From Methanomicrobiales archaeon (GTDB taxonomy: Archaea > Halobacteriota > Methanomicrobia > Methanomicrobiales > Methanospirillaceae): 64,000 bases of DNA. A program made the position numbers and the translations under genes. This document shows positions 19,207 to 29,821 of the stretch, piece after piece; the first letter of the stretch is position 1; each line of letters begins with the position of its first letter. Below the pieces are notes generated by a model. That model worked only from the letters and a program-made list of their open reading frames with translations, was not told the origin of the DNA and made no database searches. The stretch is from the NCBI GenBank assembly GCA_037137755.1, contig JBAXJR010000002.1, positions 96,001-160,000 of the forward strand, read 5' to 3'.

Positions 19207-21486
19207 TTAATTTCCATTGACGATGACCAGGTCCTTTTTGACCGATACATTACTGACGACCAAACCGGTACCTGCATCCAGTTTCAGGACCATCAGGGTA
19301 ACATTATAGAACCCTGGGAACCGGTAGGTATGAACCGGGTTACTGGTTGTTGAATTTGTCCCGTCTCCAAAATCATAATTTAAGAATATAGGGTTTCCTG
19401 TTGACATATCTGTAAATGTTACCGTTAATGGTGCCTTGCCGGTAACTGGAGAGGCAGTGAATGATGCAACCAGGGGTTCTACAGGTACCCGGGCCACGTT
19501 GATGATACCTGTCTTTGTTGCAACGCTGCACATGACCGAGTTCGATGTAGCATTGTATTTCGTAATGGTCAGGTTAATCGTGTAGATTCCCGGGTACCTG
19601 TAGCGGTGGACCGGGTGCGGACCGGTCATGGTAACGCCATCCCCGAAATTGTAAACATACATCTCCGGCTTCCCGATGGATGTATCCGTGCATTGCACGG
19701 TCAGCGGGGCCGTGCCACCTGTGGGGGAGACGGTGAAATCTGCGAGTAAAACTGGTTTCGGAGCAGGACTAACGGTGATGTAGTTCGTCCTGACGAGGGT
19801 ACCAGGCCCGCCGGGTCCAGTAACGTTCAGTCTTACCGAATACGTTCCGGCATTGGTGTACGTGTAATCGGGGTTCTGCAAAATGCTGCCAGTTGTCCCG
19901 TTATTGGTGAAGTCCCAGGCGTACGAAGTATTAGGATCTTTTGACGTGGCAGTGAAATGAACGGCCAGGGGGGCACTCCCTGTTACCGGGGTGCCGCTGA
20001 AATCTGCGACCGGGAGAACGGTGACTGTGAACGAGGCGGTTGTCCCGGGAACAACCGCTCCCGATACATCAGAACCGGTAAGACTGACGGTATAAATGCC
20101 CGGCGTTGAAAGCCCCTTAACCTCTATGCCGAATTCCCAGAGTGAATTGAACCGTGTCTGGCTCCCCTGTGTGTAAAGCCTTGACAGGTTCACCTCATGC
20201 CGGGTCGTAGAAACGATACCCCCTTGTGAATCTGTGATCGTGCAGGTGATCAGGGCAATCCGGTTGTTAATGGCATACTCGTACGGAGTGCCGGTTGAAG
20301 ACACGGTCGACGCAATCGGTTTTGTTGCCCCGTAGATGATAAACTCCTTTCCGGATGGGAAAGAAATCCCGTCGGACATGTCAAAGTCCAGGTTTTTTGG
20401 CGTTGATACATCGTACGGGTCAAAGAGGTTTTCATAGCTGGTACTGGTCCGGGTAATAATTTCCACCCGGGCGAGGTTTAACCGGGATGAAGGGAGGAAG
20501 GGGACGGGTGTGCCAGCAATCGTCTGTATCATTCCAGAACCCGCATTGTTGTAGGTAATAGACGGTTCGCCAATGTCATAGGCGAGGAATGTTGTGTCGG
20601 CGGTGTCCTGGAGGTTATACCGAAGAATAGCAGCTAGTTCGATCTTGTATGTTGTGCTGCCATTGTTGATATTGTAGACAAACATCGTGTTATTCGCTAC
20701 CTGCGGGGTGTCGATAATGGTCCCGGGGCGGTCGTTCACGATCTCAATCCCGTTGTTAGGCTTCCACCGGCCAGGGGCTTCGTACCACCTGCTGCTGTCA
20801 ACCGGGTCCGTAAAATATCCCGGAAACCAGTCAATATAGGTACGGCGGTTATTGGTAATTGCGTATCGGATGATGGCATTTTTATTCGGGATATTCCGGA
20901 ATGATCCAAGCACTGCGTTGGTAATGCCGAACGTCACCGTCTTCGTTGCGACCTGTCCGGCAAGGTCCCCTGAGTGCCCTGTCACCCTGATCGTATAGTT
21001 GCCTGCTGCCAGATCTGTAAGCGGTACCCCGTTGCTGTCAGAATAACTGGTATCGAAATTCTTTGTGACCCCTCCAAGTATGAGCCCCATGTAGTAGGAA
21101 TTAGTCACCACGACCTTATTGGAAGGGTCAAGGATACTTCCCGGGGTTTTCACCAGGTCCGGTACCATTACATTGTTCTTCCGGGTGGCATTCGTGTAGG
21201 TGGTATCGATCACGCTTTCATTGGTGATGCCGGTCACGGGGTCGACCAGGCTTCTCACCACCCGGACCGGCGTGCCGGTTGCAGAGTCTCCCCGGAACAC
21301 CTCGATCATAATATCTCCGGGTTTCCCGACCGCTTCCGGAAAAATACCGTACACATAAAAATCACGCATCTCGGCCAGGTTTGTCTCATGTACACTTGGC
21401 TGGGTAATTAACAGGTCCTGTGCACTGGCAACCGGTATGAAAAGGAACAGGATTATCAGGGTGGGGACCAGGAAGGCCGGTTTCAT
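19207..21486 (-). CDS. Secreted surface protein with three C-terminal PKD domains
   Basis: Signal peptide MKPAFLV...ASA, and three ADF/ASF...APL.V.FT...(W/Y)(D/N)F PKD repeats. Confidence 0.88.
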   Translation of the reverse strand: MKPAFLVPTLIILFLFIPVASAQDLLITQPSVHETNLAEMRDFYVYGIFPEAVGKPGDIMIEVFRGDSATGTPVRVVRSLVDPVTGITNESVIDTTYTNATRKNNVMVPDLVKTPGSILDPSNKVVVTNSYYMGLILGGVTKNFDTSYSDSNGVPLTDLAAGNYTIRVTGHSGDLAGQVATKTVTFGITNAVLGSFRNIPNKNAIIRYAITNNRRTYIDWFPGYFTDPVDSSRWYEAPGRWKPNNGIEIVNDRPGTIIDTPQVANNTMFVYNINNGSTTYKIELAAILRYNLQDTADTTFLAYDIGEPSITYNNAGSGMIQTIAGTPVPFLPSSRLNLARVEIITRTSTSYENLFDPYDVSTPKNLDFDMSDGISFPSGKEFIIYGATKPIASTVSSTGTPYEYAINNRIALITCTITDSQGGIVSTTRHEVNLSRLYTQGSQTRFNSLWEFGIEVKGLSTPGIYTVSLTGSDVSGAVVPGTTASFTVTVLPVADFSGTPVTGSAPLAVHFTATSKDPNTSYAWDFTNNGTTGSILQNPDYTYTNAGTYSVRLNVTGPGGPGTLVRTNYITVSPAPKPVLLADFTVSPTGGTAPLTVQCTDTSIGKPEMYVYNFGDGVTMTGPHPVHRYRYPGIYTINLTITKYNATSNSVMCSVATKTGIINVARVPVEPLVASFTASPVTGKAPLTVTFTDMSTGNPIFLNYDFGDGTNSTTSNPVHTYRFPGFYNVTLMVLKLDAGTGLVVSNVSVKKDLVIVNGN

Positions 21487-21604
21487 GGAACGGTTATTAT
21501 CGTGTGAACCGTTTAACCTTTTCTGAGAAAATTTCCTAAAACCCGAAAGAGCATGCGTATTTCCATGATGTTCGATCCGGGGCTGAAATAGGGAAATGAG
21601 AAAT

Positions 21605-21828
21605 TTAGTTGTCCCGGTCGACAAGAAAGGCGATTTTCACGACCGCACGATATTCCACAATCTGATCATTTCCCACTTTGGCTGTGCATCTTTTCAGGTC
21701 TACACCCTTGATGTTCCTTACGGTTTTTGCAGCCTCTCTGACCGCATTTGCTGCTGCTTCTTCCCAGCTCTTTGGTGAACTACTGATCAACTCGTAATCT
21801 TGACCACTGAATCATATTCTTTGGACAT
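21605..21828 (-). pseudogene. Dodecin (flavin-binding) gene with 1-nt deletion
   Basis: MSKEYDSVVKI, a 2-nt remainder 'AC', then ELISSSPKSWEEAAANAV...EYRAVVKIAF in the other frame. Confidence 0.8.
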
Positions 21829-21880
21829 ATTTTCACTTCATCCCTAAATGGAAAGATGGTCCATTTTATCCTTTCGCAAG

Positions 21881-22110
21881 CCTGGGGACCCGGTAATCAT
21901 CCCGGCAGTGTTCGCCATTGCCACCGGTTTACCGGTGATCATAATCTCATATCTTCTCGTAGCGGGTGTGGGAAACGCAGTGGAAATGTTAAGAAAATGG
22001 GGGAGATCGAACCCTGGATCCGGAGAGCGGTTGCAGTCTTATATATCGTGTTCGGGTTGTACTTCATTGCCATCATCCCTGGAATTTGTTTTTTCCAGAA
22101 ACGAACGTGA
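21881..22110 (+). pseudogene. C-terminal remnant of an ArsG/CcdA-like membrane permease, frameshifted
   Basis: GDPVIIPAVFAIATGLPVIIISYLLVAGVG in one frame continues as KKMGEIEPWIRRAVAVLYIVFGLYFI in another. No N-terminal part. Confidence 0.65.
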
Positions 22111-22220
22111 TACAGAGCGCGATCTTCATGGATTTCCGGTAATCACGGACGGTATCGTGTTTCATGGTATACGCTGCAACTGCCAGGTGGTGAGGAGACC
22201 GGGTGTCGCCACCGGAAAAA

Positions 22221-25136
22221 TTACCTGTACGCTCCATTCGGCACGCTTATCTCGAACCGTGCCCCCTTCCCCGGCTCCCCGGTTTCCCTGATGGTGATAT
22301 TTGTGATATCAAGAATTTCCCGCACAAAGAAGAGACCCCGCACCGAGGCACGGACGCCGTCTACCCGTAAAAAGATCTTCGCCTTAATTTCCTGCGGGAT
22401 GCCGGTACTATCGTCCTCGTAGAAGATGGTGGCCCCTGTGGGGGTGATGGTATGCCAGATCCTGATCCTGGTGACGTGGCCCCCATGTGCCAGCGAGTTC
22501 TCGAAGAGGCCCTGGCATGCCTTTTCCAGCAGGGGGTCGGCAAATATCCCGAGGTCTCCGGTCTCAATGCTATGCTGTATTTCCCCGATGGAGATGTGAG
22601 AGATGCCAAAAAGGAACGCCAGTTTCACGTTCTGCCATACCGGGGGTTTAATTCCCATGTCCTGGTAATCCCTCGTGAATTCTGTAATCTCGTTGATAGA
22701 CCTGGCTGCCTGTTCCCCTTTAATTATACTTTCGATAACAGGATCATGTCCCGCGGCCAGTTTCTTTGCCAGTTCAAGGTAGCCATTCAGGATAAATATC
22801 TGGCTTGTCAGGTCCTTTCTTGTCAACTCCGAGAGCACGTTGAGCTTCTGGTTAACCCGGAGAAGGGTGTCTTCGATACGCTTCTGCTCGGTAATGTCGG
22901 TGTGTGTCCCCACCATTCTGACAGGGTTACCCTCTGCATCCCGGTCAACCACCATGCCCCTGGTAAGGACCCACTTCCAGTTCCCCAGCTTTGTCCGCAT
23001 CCGGAATTCGATGGAATATCCTTCATTCCTGCTGATCGAGGCCTGGATCATCCGTTCAGTGGCAGGCAGGTCGTCCGGATGAACAAGCGAGCGCCAGGTG
23101 GCATACGAACCTGGCATCTCATTGGGTTCATAGCCGAGCATGGTATACCAGTGGGGACTGAAGAATGCTGTACCGGTTGGGACATTCCAGTCCCAGATAC
23201 CGTCATTGGTCGCATCCAGCGCGAGACTGAAGCGTTCCTCGCTCTTCCACAGGTCTCTCTGGATGGCACTGAGCTCATCGAACTGCGCCTTGAGTTCTTC
23301 CTCAGTTGCTACCAGTTCCTCGTTGGCCGCCTGAAGTTCCTCGTTCTGCCGTTCCAGTTTCTCTTCAATCTTTTTGCGTTCGGTCAGGTCCGTTGCTATG
23401 CTGAGCAGTACCTCCCTGCCCCCCCAGTTGATAATTCTGGCATTGACATGCAGCGGGAATGTCGAACCATCTTTCCGGTAGTGGTATACGTCAAAATCGG
23501 CCATTCCCAGGGTATGGAGGTCCTGCATTCGTTCATCGATTAATTTTTCCGTTTCCGGTACATCGAGGTCGCGAAGGTGTATCTCGAGGAATTCCCCGCG
23601 GGTAAATCCATGCAGCCGGAGGGTTTCCTCGTTGACATAGAGCATGTTCCCGTCAAAATCATGGACGATTAACGATGCCGGGGCATCGTCTGCCATCCGG
23701 GCGAGAAGCCTGATCTCTTCTTCTGCCCGTGTGCGATCGGTGATGTCTTCCCCGGACCGGAGGGTCCCGGTAATCACCTGTTTTTCATCCCGTATGAGGG
23801 TACTATGCCAGGAAACCAGGCGTTCCTCCCCTCCTGCTGTTACGATGATGTTTTCAACCTGCTCCGGCTGATCCACCGCCCCGGTCACTATCCTGACAAA
23901 TAGCTCCCTGCTCGCTTCCCGTAACCGTTCGGGCAGGAACGTATCAAACCAGTTCTTTCCGAGAATTTCCTCTTCACTGCGTCCCAGCAACCTGCACCCT
24001 GCCGGGTTTACCATGATCACCGCCTGGTCGGCACCAATGGCAAGGACGGTAGTCCCCACGATCTCCAGGTAAGAACGGGCCTTTTCGCGTTCATTGCGCA
24101 GATCTTTCTCTGATTCGTACAGTTCCCTGTAGAACCGGGTGCTCTCTCCCCGCCATACCATGCCGATAACGGCCCCGATTCCAACAAGGAGGATGGCTAC
24201 AATCCCCATCAGGAGGATAAACTGCTCCCTTAACGGTCCGTACACTTCCGAGGTATCCATCCGGGCGACGAGGGACCATGGTGTACCAGGGACTTTCCGG
24301 ATGGCGGCAATGACCGGTACACCCCGGTAATCTGCACCCTCAACCATACCCTCCTCGCCAAGTGCTGCTTTTACTGCAGGGACCTCAGTCCGGTCCAACG
24401 GGATCCGCAGTGTAAGGGGCGGGTTATTGCTGAATTTAAGGTTATTAAGATAGACTACCTCGTTGCCTTCCTGGCGGACGATCAGGGTCTCTGCCGATGC
24501 ACTCGGGCCGGGCCATTCATTGATAAACGGATAGAGATATGACCCGGGATCAACCTGGAACGCAAGGAATCCCAGGGGCTGGCCCCCTTCCTGGTCGTCA
24601 TACAGGGGGACAACGATGGTAAGGTAGATCTTCTGGTCAGTATCATCCCGGTAGAAGTCGAGGACCGTGATATTCCCGGAGACAAGGATCCTGGGTAGTT
24701 CCCGGCTCACGGTTGCGGCAACCGGGTTTTGTGTGTCGGGGACTGACATGCGGAGGGTACCGGTCGTATCCATCAGGTACACCCTGTCATACTGGTTGTA
24801 ACTCAGTTCTTTCTCCAGCCATGCCCGGACCTCCCCTTGCGTTTCGGTATCATTCGTGTCGTTGAAGAGGTGGCGGACACGCGAAGAGAAGAGGGGATTG
24901 TGGAAAAAAGTCCCGGCATCACCCATCCGCTCGGTTTTCCAGTCCACCAGCTCATTTACTTTCAAATCTGAAATGGCGGTCAGCTGGTGATCTATCTCCA
25001 CCTTGTAATTTCTCTCGTAATGCTGGTAGTAAACGTAACTGGTAACGAGGATCGCCGCTGTCATGATAACAAACAGTATGACCAGGAGGTACCGGACACG
25101 CTGCCCGTTTACCCGGTCCGGACCAACGCCGCTCAT
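22221..25136 (-). CDS. Membrane dCache-PAS(x3) kinase-like protein lacking the phospho-acceptor His
   Basis: TM-dCache-like-TM, three PAS, coiled coil. H-box TRKDLTS, G1 EDDSTG, G2 degenerate. ATGA overlap with the upstream kinase. Confidence 0.9.
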   Translation of the reverse strand: MSGVGPDRVNGQRVRYLLVILFVIMTAAILVTSYVYYQHYERNYKVEIDHQLTAISDLKVNELVDWKTERMGDAGTFFHNPLFSSRVRHLFNDTNDTETQGEVRAWLEKELSYNQYDRVYLMDTTGTLRMSVPDTQNPVAATVSRELPRILVSGNITVLDFYRDDTDQKIYLTIVVPLYDDQEGGQPLGFLAFQVDPGSYLYPFINEWPGPSASAETLIVRQEGNEVVYLNNLKFSNNPPLTLRIPLDRTEVPAVKAALGEEGMVEGADYRGVPVIAAIRKVPGTPWSLVARMDTSEVYGPLREQFILLMGIVAILLVGIGAVIGMVWRGESTRFYRELYESEKDLRNEREKARSYLEIVGTTVLAIGADQAVIMVNPAGCRLLGRSEEEILGKNWFDTFLPERLREASRELFVRIVTGAVDQPEQVENIIVTAGGEERLVSWHSTLIRDEKQVITGTLRSGEDITDRTRAEEEIRLLARMADDAPASLIVHDFDGNMLYVNEETLRLHGFTRGEFLEIHLRDLDVPETEKLIDERMQDLHTLGMADFDVYHYRKDGSTFPLHVNARIINWGGREVLLSIATDLTERKKIEEKLERQNEELQAANEELVATEEELKAQFDELSAIQRDLWKSEERFSLALDATNDGIWDWNVPTGTAFFSPHWYTMLGYEPNEMPGSYATWRSLVHPDDLPATERMIQASISRNEGYSIEFRMRTKLGNWKWVLTRGMVVDRDAEGNPVRMVGTHTDITEQKRIEDTLLRVNQKLNVLSELTRKDLTSQIFILNGYLELAKKLAAGHDPVIESIIKGEQAARSINEITEFTRDYQDMGIKPPVWQNVKLAFLFGISHISIGEIQHSIETGDLGIFADPLLEKACQGLFENSLAHGGHVTRIRIWHTITPTGATIFYEDDSTGIPQEIKAKIFLRVDGVRASVRGLFFVREILDITNITIRETGEPGKGARFEISVPNGAYR

Positions 25137-28100
25137 GATAACCCCTCTCCTTTCCGGTATTTCCCATCCGGTACGGTGATTTCAAACCGGGCACCCTGTC
25201 CCGGCTCTCCGGTTTCCCGGATGGTGATGCTGGTGATATCAAGGATTTCCCGTACAAGAAAGAGCCCGAAACCGGTGTTTTTCCCGAATCCACGCTCGAA
25301 TATCTTTTCCTTTTCCCCAGCCGACACCCCGGTCCCATCATCTTCCCAGGTGATGGTTAACCCCGCATCCGACTCATAGCAGGACACCACCACCTGCGTT
25401 ATATGTCCCCCGTGCCGCACGGAGTTATCAAGAAGGTTACAAAAGACCTTCTCCAGCATTCTGTCTGCAAATATTTCCTGTGAGGTGCAATTATCAGAAA
25501 AGGTTATGTCCGGCGGGACCTGGAGTTTTGCCAGCTCCTGGTGGAGATCCTGCCACTGTGGTTCGTGAGAGCCGATATCCTCGTAGATCTGGGTGAACTG
25601 TATTTGTGAGCGGATCTGCCGGGTCTTTGTCTCCAGGCGTTCGATAAAGCGCTCCATCTCCGGGTGCTTTGCATAATCCCGTGCAAGTTCGAGAAAACCG
25701 AGCATTATCGTGACGTTGTTTAAGATGTCGTGGCGCGTGATACCGGAGAGGAGTTTTAATTTTTTATTGACTGCACGGAGGGCTTCCTCTGCCTTTCGTC
25801 GTTCCGTGATGTCACGCCCTTCGGCAACAAGAGAGATCACTGTCCCGCTGGTATCCATGACGGGTTTGAGTGAAAAATCTATGGTGGCGATCCGGTTGTC
25901 CTTACCGAGGACCTCCACTTCGTACCGTGCGAAATTGCCCAGTGCAACCTGTCCGACCGCATTTTTTAGCTGATCCTGGATGGCCGTGGATATGGCCCAC
26001 CAGCGGGCCTCCCAGAATGGCTGGTCTATCACATCGTTCAGCGTAAAACCGCCAAAATGGAGGGAACTTTCATTCACTTCCATAATTTTTCCATCCGGCC
26101 TGAGCAGTGCAATGAACTGAAACGTAGAGTCAAATATCGCCCGGAACCTGTATTCACTTTCCCTCAGGGCTTTCTCTGCCCTTTTTCGTCCGGTAATGTC
26201 CCGTGAAATGCCGAGTATCCCGATAGGAGAACCATCAGTGTCCCGGAGAAGGCTCACGGAATTTTCGACCAGTATGGTTGAACCATCTTTACAGTATTCT
26301 TCCGTTTCAAAAGAAACGGTCCGGCCGGGATCTGCCGTCCCTGTCGCCTCCAGCGCCATCTCTTCGTCCAAACATTTCAAAACGGTCTCAACAGATGCCG
26401 GGGTCATCATCTGGTCAAGGGATTGCGCCAGGGCTTCTTCAACCGTAAAACCCCGCATTTTCCTGACCGAAGGACTCATGTATTGAAGTTTCACGTCCAT
26501 GTCGAAGATCCAGATATTGTCTGCGGTGTTATCGGCGATGAGCCGGTATTTCATCTCGCTCTGGCGTAATGCATCTTCTGCATTCTTACGCTTGGTACTA
26601 TCGCGGAGCACGACAAGGTCACGGTCTTCCCCCATCCAGGGGACCCGTACCCCCATCGCTTCGACCCATTTCGATTCACCTGTTGCGTCCTGCATCTGGT
26701 ATTCCGCGACGATAGGGCCACCGTTCACCCTGATCGTGTCCAGGTCTGACATGGCTTTTTGCTGCCATTCCGGTAATAAAAACGGTGCAAAACTCAACTG
26801 ATCCACATCCCGCTGAACCGGGATTCCCGCCAGCCTGAATGCAGCATTGTTTGCCAGGTGAACGCTGCCGTCAAAACCAAGGACCATCACAGGGTCCTGG
26901 ATGTTGTCGAAGAGTGAGCGGAACCGTTCCTCGCTCTCCTCCAATACCTGGCTGGAGCGGATCCGGGCAAGCGTGCTGCCGATCCAAAGTGCCAGCGTTT
27001 CAAGCGTGTGGCGGGAAGATAACGGAATTTCATCAACTTCATGCGATGCCAGGTTCATGACTGCGATCAGGTTACCTTCATGTAGTACCGGAATATATGC
27101 AAGGGCTCGCAGCCCTTCCTGTTCACGTTCTGCATCCGTTTCAGGACGGATAGCATTATATGTCCCATACTGTGGCGTACCGGTTTTTGCCTGCTGGACC
27201 TGCGGAGCCCCCGCCTCATAGTGAGTAATTTTTGCAATAAACTGCGCAGACAGCCCTTTATGGGCAACAAGGTCAAGTGCGCCGCTCAACGGGTCCACAA
27301 TATAGATCCCGCCCGCGTCCAGCCCCTCGATCCGAAGGGCCGCGGATATGATGTGGTCCAGCGCATCACCAAAGACCGTGCACCGGTTGAGTACAAGGCT
27401 CAGGTCGTGCTGGACCCGTAACGCCTCTTCGGTGCGTTTCCGGTCGGTGATGTCTAAAAAGGATATGACGACCCCGTAGGGTGATGGTTCACCCTTTCTG
27501 AAGAGGGGACTCGTATTTACGGTGATCCAGGAGGACTGACCTGTTGAATTCCTGACACCAATTACGACATTCCTGCATGGCACCCCGGTTGCAAGGGTGT
27601 GAAGGGAAGGATGTTCTGACCCGGGCAGTTCTGACCCGTCTTCCCTGCATGTGCTCCATTTACGGCTGATCGAGGTCTTTCCGATCACTTCTTCTGCCGT
27701 TATGCCAAATATCCGTTCTGCTTCCCTGTTCCAGGCAAGGATTTTTCCTGAGCGCTCCTGCAGGATGATCCCGGTATCCACTGATGAAATAATTGCCTGG
27801 TTCTTCTCATCGCTCTCCCTGAGTGCATCATCAGCTTTTCTGCGTTCATCAACAGGACGTGTTGTCGTTACGATCCCGTTAACGCCGTGGACCCCAAGGA
27901 GATTGGTGGCCATGGTCTCAACAAAAATATAACTCCCGTCAGCTTTCCTGATACGGAATTCGGTGGGTGTGCCCGGATTTGTCCCTTCGTACACCTCGTC
28001 AAGGGCCTGCCGGACATGTTCACGGTCATCAGGATGGACAAATTCGAGAGGACTCTTACCGATGGTAAAATTTTCAGGGTAGCCAAGAATACGGCTTGAG

Positions 28101-29809
28101 GAGGGGGAATCAAAAACGATGTGACCTTCTTTATCAATGATCCGGATGATATCGGTGGCGTTCTGGATAATGGAACTGAACCTCTCCTCGTTCTCGCGCA
28201 GGGCAGTGCCTGCCTGTTCCCATTCGGTGATGTCGCGGATTGATTCAATTGCACCGATCCTGTCCCCATTCATATCAAAAAGGGGGGCTCCTGTTGCCCA
28301 GACGTACGCCCCTTTTCCGCAGTATAATGCCGGGGTGAAGACTTCTGCATAGAGCGTATGACCTTTTCTCCGGATGTAACTGTATTTTGCTTTAATCTCA
28401 TCATCATCAACATCGATGAGGTCGAGCAGTTGTCTGCGTCGCTCCCCGTAGAAGGGGACCGTGTACGCATGGTCCCCCTGGCCGATCATGTCTGCCTTGC
28501 TTACAGCGGTCATCTCCTCCATCGCACGGTTCCATGCGATTACCCGCCCATTCAGGTCAATAACAAACGTCGCATCAGGAAGGAACTCAATAATATCCGA
28601 AAGTTCCTGCTTTGACTCCTTGAGTGCCAGTTCCGTCCGGGTCATTTCATCCAGGCTGGCGTGGAGTTCCTCTTCTGCTGATTTTAACCCGGTAATATCT
28701 CTTGAAACCCCGAGGACTGACAGGACTGTTCCATCTTCTGAATATTCAGGGGTCAGCATCCAGTCAAGGAAAACTCTTCCTTTCGCACTGTCCCATTCAA
28801 ACTGGGCCTGGTAGGGCTTTCCTGTCTTGAAAACACCCGTTATCTGTTCCTCCCAGAACCTGCTCTGGTCTTCGTCAAACCCGCTTTCCCGGTGGGTTTT
28901 CCCAATTACCTGGTCTTCAGCCAGTCCGGAGACCCGTAGTGCTGCCGGGTTCATGTAGATATGGCGGCACTGCCGGTCATACCTCATGATATAATCGGGG
29001 CTGCTCTCGGCCAGGGTACGGAATTTCTTCTCACTTTCCCGTAATGCGTCTTCTGAATGTTTTCGCCCGGTAATATCCCGTGCGACACCGAGGAACCCCT
29101 GCTTCCCGCCATAGTCCATGGTGGTAATGGTGAGTTCAACCTGTACCAGGCTCCTGTCACGGTGCCGGTGGACGGTCTCGTAGGTCGTGGATCCGGTTTG
29201 TTCAACTGACCTGATAATCTCCCCGAGTTCGTTTCCGGAGCTCGCCGACACATCCCGCACGTTCAGCCTGAGCAGTTCCTCTTTTTCGTACCCCAGCTGG
29301 AGACAGGCTGCGTGGTTCGCATCCAGGAATTTCCCTGTGCTGTCTGCAAGAAATACTGCATCGGTGATGGACTCAAAAAGGACACGGTACTTTTCCCGGG
29401 TTGCTGCGATGGTATTCTCGGACTGCAGGCGATCGACCGCCATGCGGATCTTATGCGAGAGTTCTGCATACTGCGCGCTGGGTTCACCTCCTTTCTGGAG
29501 ATAGAAGTCAGCACCGCTGTTGATCGCCTGGATGACCACCTCTTCCCTGCCCTTGCCGGTAAACAGGATAAACGGGATCTTTCCAAGGTGTTTACGCACC
29601 TCGACGAGTAAACGGATACCATCCATGCCGGGCATCTGGTAATCAGAAATAATAGCGTCAAACTGCTCCCGCCTGAGAAGTTCTAAGGCTGCAAGGGCAG
29701 AATCAATGGTAACCACTGAAAAATCCCCTGATTCTTCAAGGAACAGTTTCCCTATATCCAGAAGGTCATGTTCATCATCGACGTAGAGCAACCGGATAGC
29801 CGGGGTCAT
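25133..29809 (-). CDS. Giant hybrid sensor kinase REC-multiPAS-GAF-PAS-HisKA-HATPase (1558 aa)
   Basis: REC motifs, about 8 PAS, one GAF, H-box TRHDILNN, intact N/G1/G2 boxes. Confidence 0.95.
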   Translation of the reverse strand: MTPAIRLLYVDDEHDLLDIGKLFLEESGDFSVVTIDSALAALELLRREQFDAIISDYQMPGMDGIRLLVEVRKHLGKIPFILFTGKGREEVVIQAINSGADFYLQKGGEPSAQYAELSHKIRMAVDRLQSENTIAATREKYRVLFESITDAVFLADSTGKFLDANHAACLQLGYEKEELLRLNVRDVSASSGNELGEIIRSVEQTGSTTYETVHRHRDRSLVQVELTITTMDYGGKQGFLGVARDITGRKHSEDALRESEKKFRTLAESSPDYIMRYDRQCRHIYMNPAALRVSGLAEDQVIGKTHRESGFDEDQSRFWEEQITGVFKTGKPYQAQFEWDSAKGRVFLDWMLTPEYSEDGTVLSVLGVSRDITGLKSAEEELHASLDEMTRTELALKESKQELSDIIEFLPDATFVIDLNGRVIAWNRAMEEMTAVSKADMIGQGDHAYTVPFYGERRRQLLDLIDVDDDEIKAKYSYIRRKGHTLYAEVFTPALYCGKGAYVWATGAPLFDMNGDRIGAIESIRDITEWEQAGTALRENEERFSSIIQNATDIIRIIDKEGHIVFDSPSSSRILGYPENFTIGKSPLEFVHPDDREHVRQALDEVYEGTNPGTPTEFRIRKADGSYIFVETMATNLLGVHGVNGIVTTTRPVDERRKADDALRESDEKNQAIISSVDTGIILQERSGKILAWNREAERIFGITAEEVIGKTSISRKWSTCREDGSELPGSEHPSLHTLATGVPCRNVVIGVRNSTGQSSWITVNTSPLFRKGEPSPYGVVISFLDITDRKRTEEALRVQHDLSLVLNRCTVFGDALDHIISAALRIEGLDAGGIYIVDPLSGALDLVAHKGLSAQFIAKITHYEAGAPQVQQAKTGTPQYGTYNAIRPETDAEREQEGLRALAYIPVLHEGNLIAVMNLASHEVDEIPLSSRHTLETLALWIGSTLARIRSSQVLEESEERFRSLFDNIQDPVMVLGFDGSVHLANNAAFRLAGIPVQRDVDQLSFAPFLLPEWQQKAMSDLDTIRVNGGPIVAEYQMQDATGESKWVEAMGVRVPWMGEDRDLVVLRDSTKRKNAEDALRQSEMKYRLIADNTADNIWIFDMDVKLQYMSPSVRKMRGFTVEEALAQSLDQMMTPASVETVLKCLDEEMALEATGTADPGRTVSFETEEYCKDGSTILVENSVSLLRDTDGSPIGILGISRDITGRKRAEKALRESEYRFRAIFDSTFQFIALLRPDGKIMEVNESSLHFGGFTLNDVIDQPFWEARWWAISTAIQDQLKNAVGQVALGNFARYEVEVLGKDNRIATIDFSLKPVMDTSGTVISLVAEGRDITERRKAEEALRAVNKKLKLLSGITRHDILNNVTIMLGFLELARDYAKHPEMERFIERLETKTRQIRSQIQFTQIYEDIGSHEPQWQDLHQELAKLQVPPDITFSDNCTSQEIFADRMLEKVFCNLLDNSVRHGGHITQVVVSCYESDAGLTITWEDDGTGVSAGEKEKIFERGFGKNTGFGLFLVREILDITSITIRETGEPGQGARFEITVPDGKYRKGEGLS

Positions 29810-29821
29810 TGTTCAACACTC

